A stretch of DNA of 64,000 bases from Bacteroidota bacterium (GCA_023429825.1 JAEZDC010000035.1:3003-67002); one strand, 5' to 3'. Shown: positions 1 through 9,681, counted from the stretch's first letter. Numbers and translations are program-made. The notes: a model not told the origin generated them from the sequence alone.

Positions 1-1581
1 ACCTGTATTAAAAGCGGATCGTAAAAAGGGATTCTTTGCAAAAGCTTCTTCCAATTGAGGTAAAGTGTCAAGCGAATAAAGCTCGATGTTAGGGAACTTG
101 TAACTCCATACTGTATTATTTCTTTTGAATTCTTCACCGAGGTTAGTAATGAATGAGCGTAGCCTGAAGAATTTATTTCGATCGGTATACCCCGCACTAA
201 CATTTAAAAGGGTACGTTGCGACTCGTTTTTTCTGCTCGGCCTTACCAGTAAATGGCTTGGAAAAGCTAACGAGATACCAACTGCAGATTGGATGGTTTG
301 AAGGATGTTACTGCTATCAAAGTTTAGTTCTACTCCATTTCGTACGCCGAAGGTACCCTGTATAGCTCTTTTGAAAAGGTTACGGTTAAGCAATGAAACA
401 TTGGCACCCAATCCAAAAAAGCTTGTAGAAGATACTACGTCTGCACTTCTCGTGATCTCAAAGTCAGTTTGTACATTATACTTTTTCGCTGGCGAAAGAA
501 AGATGTGAAAGTTAACTGTATCATTCAAAAGTGAATCTCTTGTATCTACAGAGCGCCAGGCAGCTATCTGAGATAGAGAGTTGATCGTTCTGAAATAATT
601 ACTTTCCGTATAAAGCTCTCCTTTATTAACATATGTATGCCGCACCAACGGCTTCATGATGAATTTGCCTTCTTCGTACTTCATTATAAACTCCCGGTCT
701 CTTTCTATCCGGAAGTCATTTCTCAGCATGAGCGAATCAGGAATATCCCGCAGATCGTTTATTTCCGGGTAGTATATGATATCGCCTACATAATATTGCC
801 TGTATCGTGATGAATCGAATGGCGTATCTTTTACTTGCTTAGCCATTTTGATGATCACATCAGCGGTGGGGTTATTCTTTCTTCTTTCTAAAGCTTCATT
901 GATCTTCCGGGTAAATTCACCCGGATCAAGATAAACCGTATCAAATAAGCCTTCCGTAGTATCAACATGCGCCACGAGGTCTTCACGGCTTATTTTATAA
1001 TATCCATTCTCTCTATACCACGCTACCAACCTATCGAGTTCGGTGGCGATGAGTTGCCGCGTAAAGGGTTCTCCTTTTCTCAGAAGCGTTTGCGTAGGGG
1101 CCTGCAAAGTATACTTCTGAAGTAAAGTATCTGCAAGATCAAATCCAAAAGAATCAATGGTAAGGCGCTTACCAGGATTGATCAACATTACAGGTGTTAT
1201 TCTTAGCGAATCATCCTTTTCTGCAGCGATTGAATCACGTAATTCAGCATTGTAATATCCCTGCGAATTGAGATATGAGTTCATGAACACTCTTGTACGC
1301 TGCAAATTTGTGGTATCAAAACGCTGTGGATCTTTTATTTTCGTAATCACACCAAACTGCCGTACACGTTTCGCTTTTAAACTATCATCCCAGTAATCGT
1401 TTAAATCCGATTCCAGCCTTTTTTTCTCATCTTTGGAAATATCACCCTGCAGGATGATCTTATTATTGAAAACAAATTTTCCTTCCGATGCATTTTTTAC
1501 AACAGTGCAGGAAGCTAACATACAAGCAAACCCAACTATCAGCAGTATAAGTTGAAATGGGGGCTTGCAGTTGAAAATCAT
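1..1581 (-). CDS. Omp85-superfamily outer-membrane protein (BamA/TamA-like, TamL-type lipoprotein), N-terminal 527 aa; C-terminus lies beyond the left edge
   Basis: Absent from the ORF track because it is open to the window edge. My own minus-strand translation from the ATG (complement of 1579-1581) gives MIFNCKPPFQLILLIVGFACMLASC... (signal peptide plus lipobox Cys). It has POTRA-like GYYNA/ENGYYK segments, then a barrel-like ..GLGANVSLLNRNLFKRAIQG.. stretch. The frame stays open to position 1. Confidence 0.55.
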   Translation of the reverse strand, partial: MIFNCKPPFQLILLIVGFACMLASCTVVKNASEGKFVFNNKIILQGDISKDEKKRLESDLNDYWDDSLKAKRVRQFGVITKIKDPQRFDTTNLQRTRVFMNSYLNSQGYYNAELRDSIAAEKDDSLRITPVMLINPGKRLTIDSFGFDLADTLLQKYTLQAPTQTLLRKGEPFTRQLIATELDRLVAWYRENGYYKISREDLVAHVDTTEGLFDTVYLDPGEFTRKINEALERRKNNPTADVIIKMAKQVKDTPFDSSRYRQYYVGDIIYYPEINDLRDIPDSLMLRNDFRIERDREFIMKYEEGKFIMKPLVRHTYVNKGELYTESNYFRTINSLSQIAAWRSVDTRDSLLNDTVNFHIFLSPAKKYNVQTDFEITRSADVVSSTSFFGLGANVSLLNRNLFKRAIQGTFGVRNGVELNFDSSNILQTIQSAVGISLAFPSHLLVRPSRKNESQRTLLNVSAGYTDRNKFFRLRSFITNLGEEFKRNNTVWSYKFPNIELYSLDTLPQLEEAFAKNPFLRSAFNTG

Positions 1582-1586
1582 AGACT

Positions 1587-2309
1587 ATGCTTAGTAAGAA
1601 TGAGGCCAAATATATCCAAAGTTTATACCACAAAAAAACAAGGAATGAAGAGGGCTTGTTTATAGCAGAAGGCCCTAAGATCATTGAAGAGATTGCTTCA
1701 TCTGATTTTATAATAAAGAAGTTATATGCAACAGATCATTGGATGAAGCCGACCAATGTATCGGCAGAAGTAATACGCATTAGTGAAGAAGAACTGAACA
1801 AAATATCAAACCTGCAAACTGCCAATGAAGTATTAGCTATTGTTGAACAAAAAAAGCTTTCATCTGCGCCTGCATTTCCGAACACATTAACATTATTACT
1901 GGATAACATACAAGACCCAGGAAACCTTGGAACGATCATTCGTATAGCAGATTGGTTTGGCATTGAACAGGTGATTGCCAGTAACGACACGGTTGAATTG
2001 TACAACCCCAAAGTGATTCAAAGCACCATGGGTTCTTTTGTACGAGTGCAAGTTTGGTACGAAGCGACGGAACATTTACTACGCAGCATTTCGGTTCCTG
2101 TTTATGGTGCTTTATTGGATGGAGAAAATGTATTGGGTATGAGAAATATCAAGGAAGGAATATTGGTTATCGGGAATGAATCTAAAGGGATCAGTGATGC
2201 AATTAAAAAGTTTGTCACTCATCCTGTTACCATTCCAAGAAAAGGTGGCGCTGAGTCGTTGAATGCTGCAATAGCCACCGGCATCATTCTTTCACATTTT
2301 ACTTCCTAA
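1587..2309 (+). CDS. TrmH/SpoU-family RNA 2'-O-methyltransferase
   Basis: 240-aa ORF with SpoU motifs NIQDPGNLGTIIRIADWFG, VIGNESKGIS and ESLNAAIATGIIL. Confidence 0.85.
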   Translation: MLSKNEAKYIQSLYHKKTRNEEGLFIAEGPKIIEEIASSDFIIKKLYATDHWMKPTNVSAEVIRISEEELNKISNLQTANEVLAIVEQKKLSSAPAFPNTLTLLLDNIQDPGNLGTIIRIADWFGIEQVIASNDTVELYNPKVIQSTMGSFVRVQVWYEATEHLLRSISVPVYGALLDGENVLGMRNIKEGILVIGNESKGISDAIKKFVTHPVTIPRKGGAESLNAAIATGIILSHFTS

Positions 2310-2330
2310 CCACCATTTATCATAAAGCTT

Positions 2331-2358
2331 CAGCAAGTAGTTTCTAAAAAACTTGCTG
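2331..2358 (+). terminator. possible hairpin terminator after the TrmH gene
   Basis: cagcaagt (2331-2338) pairs with acttgctg (2351-2358) across a 12-nt loop. The T-tract is weak. Confidence 0.4.
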
Positions 2359-2393
2359 ATTGCTTACTTTCACCCTTGCAAAAAAAAAGCTAC

Positions 2394-4568
2394 ATGAGAA
2401 TAATTTCTTTATTGATCAGCATTTGTGTGTTTTCTTTTACCAGTGCTCAACAGATCCGATGGGATAAAGATGGTTCTACATACTACCGGGTCGAGGGCGG
2501 TGAGATCATTGAGTATAGTTTGCCTGCTAACACAAGGTCTGTTTTAGTTTCTAAACCAAGCATCACTCCTAAAAATTCAAAAGAAGCTTTGGCTTTTGAG
2601 AATTACATTTTTTCTGCTGATGGCAACAAACTTCTGTTATTCACCAATACAGAGAAGGTCTGGCGGTATAATACAAGAGGAGATTACTGGCTTTACGATC
2701 TCAGCAGTAAATCTCTGATCAAACAGTTAGGTAAAGGAAGACCTGAGTCGTCGATGATGTTTGCAAAATTTTCTCCTGATGGAAAGAAGGTAGCTTATGT
2801 ATCGCAATACAATTTATTTGTTGAGGACCTGGCTTCGGGTAAGATCACTCAGTTAACGCAGGGCGGACATCGCAAACTGATCAACGGAACATTTGATTGG
2901 GCTTACGAGGAAGAATTTTTCTGTAGAGATGGTTTCAGGTGGAGCCCTGACGGAAAAAATATCGCTTACTGGCAAATCGATGCAAGAAAGGTAAAAGATC
3001 ACATGATGATCAATAATACAGATTCGATTTATCCTTCTGTTATTCCGGTTGAATATCCTGTTGCAGGAGAATTACCTTCTCCCTTTAAAATAGGTATTGT
3101 GAATATAAACTCTGCAAAGACCAACTGGATGAACATCCCTTATGATGCAAAACTTGGCTCTTATGCACCCAGAATGGAATGGGCTGACAGCAAAGAGATC
3201 ATATTGCAACACCTAAACAGGAAGCAAAACGAGAGCAGGATCATGCTTGCAGATATCGTCTCAGGCAAAGCCAGAACTATTTACGAAGAGAAGGATGCAG
3301 CATGGATCGATATATTACCGCTATGGGATGCAGACTATTATAACGGTGGATGGGACTGGATCAATAACGGAAAAGAATTCATCTGGGCAAGCGAGAAAGA
3401 TGGATGGAGGCACTTATACCGTGTAACTAAAGACGGTAAAGAAACACTTATTACCAAAGGCAATTATGATGTGATGGATATTTCCACGATCGATGAAAAG
3501 AATAATTACATCTACTTTTTTGCCTCACCGGATAATGCCACCCAAAAATATCTGTATAGAACAAAACTGGATGGTAGTGGAGCTCCTGAAAGAGTCTCTC
3601 CGGCTAATCAAAACGGAACGCACTCATATAATGTGTCGCCTACAGCAGCATTTGCATCGCATAGCTTTACAAATCATTACACACCTACGGCGAGAGAGTG
3701 GGTCTCATTGCCTGATCATAAAGCTTTACTAGGACAAAACCCTGTTAACGATGCGATCGCCAAAGCAGACAAGTCAAAAGTAAATGTGCAGTTTTTTAAG
3801 ATAACCACTGCAGAAGGAGTGGAGATGGATGCATGGGTGAACAAGCCTGCTGATTTAGATTCTACTAAAAAATATCCTGTTGTATTTTATGTGTACACAG
3901 AACCCTGGGGACAGGAAGTAAAAGATCAATACGGCATTGCCAACAATTTTTTATACAAAGGCAATATGAGCCGCGATGGGTATTTCTACATTGCTATTGA
4001 TAACCGAGGTACGCCTGTTCCTAAAGGAAGAGAGTGGCGTAAATCAGTTTACCGGAAGATCGGGCTCGTTAATATCAAAGACCAGGCGATGGCTGCGAAA
4101 GAGGTTTTGAAATGGAATTTCATCGATACCTCAAGAGTAGCTGTATGGGGATGGAGCGGTGGTGGCTCAGCTACATTGAACCTGATGTTCCAGTATCCTG
4201 AGATCTATAAAACCGGCATTTCAGTTGCAGCAGTTGCCAATCAACTCACGTATGATAACATTTACCAGGAGCGCTACATGGGTTTGCCACAGGAGAACCG
4301 GGAAGATTTTCTCGCAGGATCACCACTCACTTATGCGAAGAACTTAAGAGGTAACCTACTGTACATTCACGGAACAGGTGATGACAATGTACATTACAAT
4401 AATGCTGAAATGCTGTTGAATGAACTGATCAAACACAACAAGCAATTCCAATACATGCCTTATCCAAATAGAACGCATAGCATTTCAGAAGGAGAGGGCA
4501 CTTTCCAGCATCTTTCAACTTTGTATACCAACTATTTAAAAATGTATTGTCCGCCGGGAGGCAGATGA
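2394..4568 (+). CDS. dipeptidyl-peptidase IV family serine peptidase (S9B), secreted
   Basis: The ORF begins at a TTG (2376); I prefer ATG 2394 (MRIISLLISICVFSFTSAQ signal peptide). It has a beta-propeller N-terminal part, a GWSGGG nucleophile elbow, and GTGDDNVH and NRTHSI (Asp/His of the triad). Confidence 0.85.
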   Translation: MRIISLLISICVFSFTSAQQIRWDKDGSTYYRVEGGEIIEYSLPANTRSVLVSKPSITPKNSKEALAFENYIFSADGNKLLLFTNTEKVWRYNTRGDYWLYDLSSKSLIKQLGKGRPESSMMFAKFSPDGKKVAYVSQYNLFVEDLASGKITQLTQGGHRKLINGTFDWAYEEEFFCRDGFRWSPDGKNIAYWQIDARKVKDHMMINNTDSIYPSVIPVEYPVAGELPSPFKIGIVNINSAKTNWMNIPYDAKLGSYAPRMEWADSKEIILQHLNRKQNESRIMLADIVSGKARTIYEEKDAAWIDILPLWDADYYNGGWDWINNGKEFIWASEKDGWRHLYRVTKDGKETLITKGNYDVMDISTIDEKNNYIYFFASPDNATQKYLYRTKLDGSGAPERVSPANQNGTHSYNVSPTAAFASHSFTNHYTPTAREWVSLPDHKALLGQNPVNDAIAKADKSKVNVQFFKITTAEGVEMDAWVNKPADLDSTKKYPVVFYVYTEPWGQEVKDQYGIANNFLYKGNMSRDGYFYIAIDNRGTPVPKGREWRKSVYRKIGLVNIKDQAMAAKEVLKWNFIDTSRVAVWGWSGGGSATLNLMFQYPEIYKTGISVAAVANQLTYDNIYQERYMGLPQENREDFLAGSPLTYAKNLRGNLLYIHGTGDDNVHYNNAEMLLNELIKHNKQFQYMPYPNRTHSISEGEGTFQHLSTLYTNYLKMYCPPGGR

Positions 4569-4582
4569 TCAATTGTGTAAAT

Positions 4583-4617
4583 AAAAAGAGCAGTGATGAA
4601 TTCACTGCTCTTTTTTT
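4583..4617. terminator. bidirectional intrinsic terminator between convergent genes
   Basis: A perfect 10-bp stem, agagcagtga (4587-4596) with tcactgctct (4602-4611), has a 5-nt loop. An A-run lies upstream and a T-run downstream. Confidence 0.8.
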
Positions 4618-4630
4618 ATAGAGTGTGTTT

Positions 4631-5035
4631 TTATACCGGCTCCCTGGTCAGGTGTACTTTCGTCATTTGCAGGTATGCATTCTGTAGCTGATGCACATAG
4701 TGTATGTCGGGATTGTGCCTGCGGTCTTCCCTGTACCACATATCCAGGTGTGAAAAATCATCTTTGCTTGGGATCACTAAACGGAAAGAAGCTTTCTTAT
4801 ACTTTACACTTCCGTCTTCGCCTTCTTCCTTAGTGAAATTCAGTTTGCGTAATGTTTCATCATTTAATGGGATAGGATGCAAATGCTCCGGTGAGAACCA
4901 GAACTCCTGTACATCGGTCTCAACGCAAACCTGTTTGTCTTCGTTATTCAATCGTGTTACTTCTCCTTCCCACATCTTCCCTTCAAACTCACCCATTAGG
5001 TAATCACCTACTTTAATGTCACTGAATTTGATCAT
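4631..5035 (-). CDS. hypothetical protein (134 aa)
   Basis: Clean ORF with normal amino-acid composition. It is flanked by a terminator and an intergenic spacer. I recognise no family. Confidence 0.55.
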   Translation of the reverse strand: MIKFSDIKVGDYLMGEFEGKMWEGEVTRLNNEDKQVCVETDVQEFWFSPEHLHPIPLNDETLRKLNFTKEEGEDGSVKYKKASFRLVIPSKDDFSHLDMWYREDRRHNPDIHYVHQLQNAYLQMTKVHLTREPV

Positions 5036-5102
5036 ATGGCTTTTTTGTTTTTTGGTAAGAGATAAAGAACTGTTCTAAAGCTAAGGAAAAAATCTAACTA
5101 TG

Positions 5103-5183
5103 AATCGTCAAGTGTAAATCGCGAATCAAGCTATAGTTTCCCGCCTCCAACCTCCAACCTCCAATCTACCGCCTCCAGCCTCA
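5103..5183. repeat. phase-locked degenerate heptamer array (about 12 units) abutting the hmgA stop codon
   Basis: Units read aatcgtc aagtgta aatcgcg aatcaag ... Three perfect cctccaa units follow (5144-5164), then tctaccg and cctccag. The array runs into tta (the hmgA stop, 5184-5186). Confidence 0.7.
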
Positions 5184-6341
5184 TTACTCAGCCCAACTCA
5201 TCACGTACCCCTCGTTCTCTATCTCCAATGCTGCAACTGTTAACTGTAAAGGATGAAAAGTATCCACCATCACCGCCAGTTCTTTTGTTTCTGTTTTGCC
5301 AATGCTCTTTTCGACAGCACCAGGATGTGGCCCATGCGGGATCCCTGCAGGATGTAATGTGATCATTCCCCGTGTAACATTCTTCCTGCTCATGAAATCA
5401 CCATCCACATAATACAACACCTCGTCGCTGTCTATATTGCTATGATTGTAAGGAGCCGGAATTGCCTGCGGATGATAATCATACAGCCTCGGCACAAAAC
5501 TGCACACTACGAAATTGTGTGCATCAAATGTCTGATGAACAGGTGGCGGTTGATGTACTCTACCGGTTATCGGTTCAAAATCATGAATGCTGAAGGCAAA
5601 AGGATAACAACACCCATCCCAGCCAACCACATCAAAAGGATGATGGCCGTAATGAATACCATACTGTATTCCTTTCTTTTTCGTCTTTATCAGGAAATCA
5701 CCTTTCTCGTCCATAGTAATTAAATTCTGTGGCGGACGAATATCTCTTTCACAATAAGGTGAATGCTCCAGCAGTTGCCCGTATTTACTCAGGTATCTTT
5801 TTGGAAAACGAATAGGACTAAAAGATTCTACAATGAACAACCTGTTATCCGCTGTAGCGAAATCAATTTGATAGATCGTTCCTCTTGGTATCACCAGGTA
5901 ATCTCCATAACTAAAACTCAGATCGCCGTACATTGTTTTCAGCACGCCATTTCCTTCATGCACAAAGATCATCTCATCAGCATCGGCATTTTTATAGAAG
6001 TATCCTTCCATGCTTTTTTGAGGTGCTGCTAATATTATATGGCAATCATTATTAACCAGCACTGCTTTTCGGCTTTGCAGGTAATCCTGTTCAGGCTTTA
6101 CCTTAAAACCCTCCAGGCTCCTGTGCTTGAGCATTCGTTCTTCCGCAACTTTGGGCATCACGTTTACAGGTTCATCTGTACCAATGATAGCAGTAGGCGG
6201 ATGCACATGATACAGTATAGAATAATCGTTACTGAATCCTTCAGTAGAAAATAATTGCTCTGAGTACAGGCCGCCATCCTTTTTTCTGAATTGTGTATGG
6301 CGCTTATGCGGAATGCTTCCCAGTTTATGATAGTAAGGCAT
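5184..6341 (-). CDS. hmgA: homogentisate 1,2-dioxygenase
   Basis: 385-aa ORF. The N-terminus MPYYHKLGSIPHKRHTQF, the cupin-like core and the overall length are typical of Bacteroidota HmgA. Confidence 0.88.
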   Translation of the reverse strand: MPYYHKLGSIPHKRHTQFRKKDGGLYSEQLFSTEGFSNDYSILYHVHPPTAIIGTDEPVNVMPKVAEERMLKHRSLEGFKVKPEQDYLQSRKAVLVNNDCHIILAAPQKSMEGYFYKNADADEMIFVHEGNGVLKTMYGDLSFSYGDYLVIPRGTIYQIDFATADNRLFIVESFSPIRFPKRYLSKYGQLLEHSPYCERDIRPPQNLITMDEKGDFLIKTKKKGIQYGIHYGHHPFDVVGWDGCCYPFAFSIHDFEPITGRVHQPPPVHQTFDAHNFVVCSFVPRLYDYHPQAIPAPYNHSNIDSDEVLYYVDGDFMSRKNVTRGMITLHPAGIPHGPHPGAVEKSIGKTETKELAVMVDTFHPLQLTVAALEIENEGYVMSWAE

Positions 6342-6348
6342 GGTTGTA

Positions 6349-6383
6349 AATTAATAGTGGAGAATTAACAATTAATAATTGAG
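6349..6383. repeat. heptamer array just upstream of the hmgA start
   Basis: Five contiguous 7-nt units: aattaat agtggag aattaac aattaat aattgag. Confidence 0.6.
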
Positions 6384-6419
6384 GTATAGTACCCAACTTT
6401 TGAATTACTATGACGCTTC

Positions 6420-6439
6420 GTTGTGTCACTCACTTGTAC
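6420..6439 (+). repeat. REP-like intergenic element, copy 1 (core gttgtgtcactcacttgtac)
   Basis: It matches five other intergenic copies, at 38592, 45426, 48657, 51590 and 57455. Confidence 0.65.
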
Positions 6440-6610
6440 GCTTTGTTCTTTACTGAGCAACCCAACAACAGTTCTTTATCTGACAGACAATTGTAACGTC
6501 ATCAGCAGGAACACATACTTCCATCGCCGTTTATCAATCCAGTAAGTGAAGTTTCGTTTAAAGGTCATAAGTTGCCTTTGATACACGAATTTACTTCTAA
6601 ATCTTTTATT

Positions 6611-7024
6611 ATGGCTAAAAGCAAATTGATAGCAGCAGTAATGGCATTATTTCTTTCATTCACCCTTTTTGCCCAGGATGATGAGAAAGGTGTAAAAGCT
6701 TGTTTAGAAAACTATATGAGTGGAGAAGGCGATAGGGTAGAGAGGGCTTTTCATCCCTCAGCAGCAATGAAGTACATCGACGTACAGAGTGGAGAATTTA
6801 AAGATGTGCCTATTGCTGAATACATCGCAAGGGTAAAAGCAAACACCAGTAAAAATGAAAGAAAGATCGAGATCATTTCTTTGAATGTAGAAGGCACTGC
6901 AGCTCAGGCGAAGATCAAAATCGATAACGGGAAACAAATATTATACGACTACATGAACCTACTTAAAGTAAACGGCGAATGGAAGATCGTTAGCAAGATA
7001 TTCTCGAGAAAGAATAAAGACTAA
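6611..7024 (+). CDS. secreted NTF2-like (SnoaL/lumazine-binding-like) small protein
   Basis: The ORF opens at TTG 6572; I prefer ATG 6611 (MAKSKLIAAVMALFLSFTLFAQ signal peptide). Size and the ..NGEWKIVSKIF C-terminus fit the NTF2-like fold family. Confidence 0.55.
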   Translation: MAKSKLIAAVMALFLSFTLFAQDDEKGVKACLENYMSGEGDRVERAFHPSAAMKYIDVQSGEFKDVPIAEYIARVKANTSKNERKIEIISLNVEGTAAQAKIKIDNGKQILYDYMNLLKVNGEWKIVSKIFSRKNKD

Positions 7025-7027
7025 AAG

Positions 7028-7050
7028 AAAAGCCTCCGATCGGAGGCTTT
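7028..7050. terminator. bidirectional intrinsic terminator
   Basis: aaagcctccgatcggaggcttt forms a perfect palindromic GC stem flanked by AAA and TTT. It lies between convergent genes. Confidence 0.8.
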
Positions 7051-7057
7051 AATATTT

Positions 7058-7525
7058 TTAGTGCATTCCCGGTAACCATGGCCTTGCAATACCCTCTCTG
7101 AACGGCCAAGGAATTGTGATGAGTAATATGAGCAGCGCAACGAAGAAATACAACAAACTTCTTTTATGTTTCTTATCGTCAGGGATCAATTTCTTAGCTT
7201 GTCCTTTCCCGATCGTTATCAAAATAATAGCGATCAACATACCGGCAGGATGTTCTACAGCCCAGAAGCGGTAGACGCTGTCCTTCATCACCGCACCAAA
7301 ACCATTATTGCTGATGAGTTCATATCCCCACGGGCCAGCAAACCATTGATATAACCCGATGAGCAGCGTAATATGCGCCGAGATCATCAAGAACAATCCC
7401 AGTTTTCTATCACCAGAAGTGAATGGTTTATTCAAAGCCGTGATGTGACGAAGAATATTCACTAAAAGCAATATCAATATTACCCAGCGAAGAAAATTGT
7501 GCGTATGCAATAAGCCCTGGTACAT
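7058..7525 (-). CDS. integral membrane protein (about 4 TM helices), function unknown
   Basis: 155-aa ORF with four long hydrophobic segments (for example WVILILLLVNIL, LGLFLMISAHITLLIGL, MLIAIILITIG, YFFVALLILLITI). Confidence 0.6.
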   Translation of the reverse strand: MYQGLLHTHNFLRWVILILLLVNILRHITALNKPFTSGDRKLGLFLMISAHITLLIGLYQWFAGPWGYELISNNGFGAVMKDSVYRFWAVEHPAGMLIAIILITIGKGQAKKLIPDDKKHKRSLLYFFVALLILLITIPWPFREGIARPWLPGMH

Positions 7526-7555
7526 AGTTATTTTTTTGGTTGGCTATAAAGATAA

Positions 7556-8656
7556 CTACTCAACCCAATCTGCAATAAATAAATTGGTATCTCTGGTTCC
7601 GCCGTTGTTGCGGTTAGAAGCGAAGATGATCTTCTTACCATCGGGACTGAACATAGGAAATGCATCAAAGCCTTTATCACGGCTTATTTTTTCCAACCCG
7701 CTTCCATCAAGATTGATCAGGTACATGTTGAAAGGAAAACCTCTTTTGTATTCATGATTGCTGCAGAAAATAATTCTCTTACTGTCAGGTGTAAAATTCG
7801 GAGCCCAGTTAGCTTGTCCTAAACGAGTTACCTGTTGCACATTACTTCCATCCGCATTTGCTACGAATACTTCCATGTTGGTAGGTGCCACAAAACCTTG
7901 CGCAAGCAGATCTTTATAATCTTTTATTTCAGCTTCTGTCTTAGGACGGCTCGCTCTCCAAACGATCTTCTTACCATCAGGGCTGAACCATGCACCGCCA
8001 TCGTAACCTAACTCATTGGTCACTTGCGTTTCTTTACCAGTAACCAAATTCATTACGTACAATTCAAGATCACCGCTCTTATCACTGCAATAGATCATTT
8101 GCTTTCCATCAGGCGAAAGCGTAGCCTCCGCGTCGTATCCCTTTGCATTAGTTAATTGCCTAACGATCTTTCCATCCAGGTCAGCCATAAAGATGTCATA
8201 GGTATTATACAACGGCCATATATATCGATTGCCCAGTTTAGCTCTGTCTGGCAACGGCGGGCAAGTATCCGCACCTAAATGCGTTGATGCATAGATCACA
8301 TGCTTTCCATCTTTTGTAAAAAAAGCACAGGTTGTTCTTCCCTTGCCTGTACTCACCATCTTAGGAACAAATATTTCTTTAGGACGGTATGGTAGTTTGC
8401 CAATAAATATCTGGTCGCAATTGATGCCTTGTTTAGGATTTGTTTTTTGGTAAACGATCGACTTGCCATCAAAACTGAAATAAGCTTCCGCATTATCTCC
8501 ACCAAACGTTAGTTGCTGAATATTCTTGAAATGTTTTTCATCAGGGTAATGAAGCGTATCCTCAAAAACATACTCATCATATCCTTTTTTAAATGATGAT
8601 AATCCCAGCATTAGTATTGTTACCGGTATCGACAGTAACAAAAAGCCTTTCTTCAT
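7556..8656 (-). CDS. TolB-like / PD40 (WD40-like) beta-propeller repeat protein, secreted
   Basis: Repeated ..SPDGK.I.F.S.. PD40 motifs occur at least five times (FSFDGKSIVY, FTKDGKHVIY, LSPDGKQMIY, FSPDGKKIVW, FSPDGKKIIF). A signal peptide starts at MKKGFLLLSIPV (ATG 8656; an alternative ATG is at 8674). Confidence 0.8.
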   Translation of the reverse strand: MKKGFLLLSIPVTILMLGLSSFKKGYDEYVFEDTLHYPDEKHFKNIQQLTFGGDNAEAYFSFDGKSIVYQKTNPKQGINCDQIFIGKLPYRPKEIFVPKMVSTGKGRTTCAFFTKDGKHVIYASTHLGADTCPPLPDRAKLGNRYIWPLYNTYDIFMADLDGKIVRQLTNAKGYDAEATLSPDGKQMIYCSDKSGDLELYVMNLVTGKETQVTNELGYDGGAWFSPDGKKIVWRASRPKTEAEIKDYKDLLAQGFVAPTNMEVFVANADGSNVQQVTRLGQANWAPNFTPDSKRIIFCSNHEYKRGFPFNMYLINLDGSGLEKISRDKGFDAFPMFSPDGKKIIFASNRNNGGTRDTNLFIADWVE

Positions 8657-8745
8657 GAAGTGAAATTTTCGCAAAAGTATTGGTTATGCAGTGCTCCGGC
8701 GTCAGAAAATAGTCAGTTTGAAGAGCAGGCCTGTATTTTTGCCTT

Positions 8746-9558
8746 ATGAAACAGTTGTTCGCAGCGATATGCATTTTAGTAACACTATTTTCCTGTAAAG
8801 ACAAGAGTGATGAGACCCGGAAAACACCGGGGGAAAGTGAGTTACCTGCTAACGTGAGAAGCCTTATGGAAAGAGTGAAAGCTCACCCGGACAGTATCAC
8901 CTATCGCCTGCAACTGGTAGAGGCCCTGGACAGCTTGAAGATGTACAATGAAGCGCTGGCTAATATGGATACTGTCATTCGCAAGGATAGCATCAACAAC
9001 GCTTATTGGTTTCGAAAGGCACAGCTTGAAGAAAGTGTGAAAGACACAACTGCTGCAATTAATTCATATCTCAAATCTATCAGCATCTATCCTGCGGTGG
9101 ATGCGCAGTTATACCTGGCCAACCTGTTAGCTGAAAGGAAAGATGAGCGGAGTTTGCTTATAGTGAATAATGTATCTCGAAGTATGTTTGACAGCAGGAC
9201 GCTGGCCGAATGTGATTTCATTGCCGGGATATACCATGCCCGCACGAAGAATTATAAAATGGCTGATGATCTTTTCGACAGGTGTATTAAAAATGATAGA
9301 AAGTTCATGGAAGCCTATGTTGAAAAAGGATTATTGCTCATGGACCAAAACAGAACGCCTGAGGCGATGATCGTTTTCCATTTGGCCACAACCGTTGAAC
9401 CCACCTATGCAGATGCATGGTATTATGAGGGTAAATGCCTGGAGCGTTTAGGGAAAGTAAAAGAAGCGATCCAACGTTACGAAGAGAGCCTGAAGTATGA
9501 TCCGCAACTACAGGAAGCGAAAGATGCTTTATCTAAATTGAGATCACAGCAGGGGTAG
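8746..9558 (+). CDS. TPR-repeat lipoprotein
   Basis: Signal peptide with lipobox (LVTLFSC). TPR-like repeats include AWYYEGKCLERLGKVKEAIQRYEESLKYDP. Confidence 0.75.
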   Translation: MKQLFAAICILVTLFSCKDKSDETRKTPGESELPANVRSLMERVKAHPDSITYRLQLVEALDSLKMYNEALANMDTVIRKDSINNAYWFRKAQLEESVKDTTAAINSYLKSISIYPAVDAQLYLANLLAERKDERSLLIVNNVSRSMFDSRTLAECDFIAGIYHARTKNYKMADDLFDRCIKNDRKFMEAYVEKGLLLMDQNRTPEAMIVFHLATTVEPTYADAWYYEGKCLERLGKVKEAIQRYEESLKYDPQLQEAKDALSKLRSQQG

Positions 9559-9569
9559 TTGAGGACAAT

Positions 9570-9681
9570 AGGCGGCAGGCGGTCGGCTATAGGCAGGTGG
9601 TTGTGATGTTAGTCACTATCGACTATCAACTATAACCTGCAACCTGTATCTTGCAACCTTTAATCGTTAACTCCATCTACC
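9570..9681. repeat. drifting heptamer tandem array (16 units) ending exactly at the rpe ATG
   Basis: Units read aggcggc aggcggt cggctat aggcagg tggttgt gatgtta gtcacta tcgacta tcaacta taacctg caacctg tatcttg caacctt taatcgt taactcc atctacc, followed directly by ATG at 9682. Confidence 0.7.
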
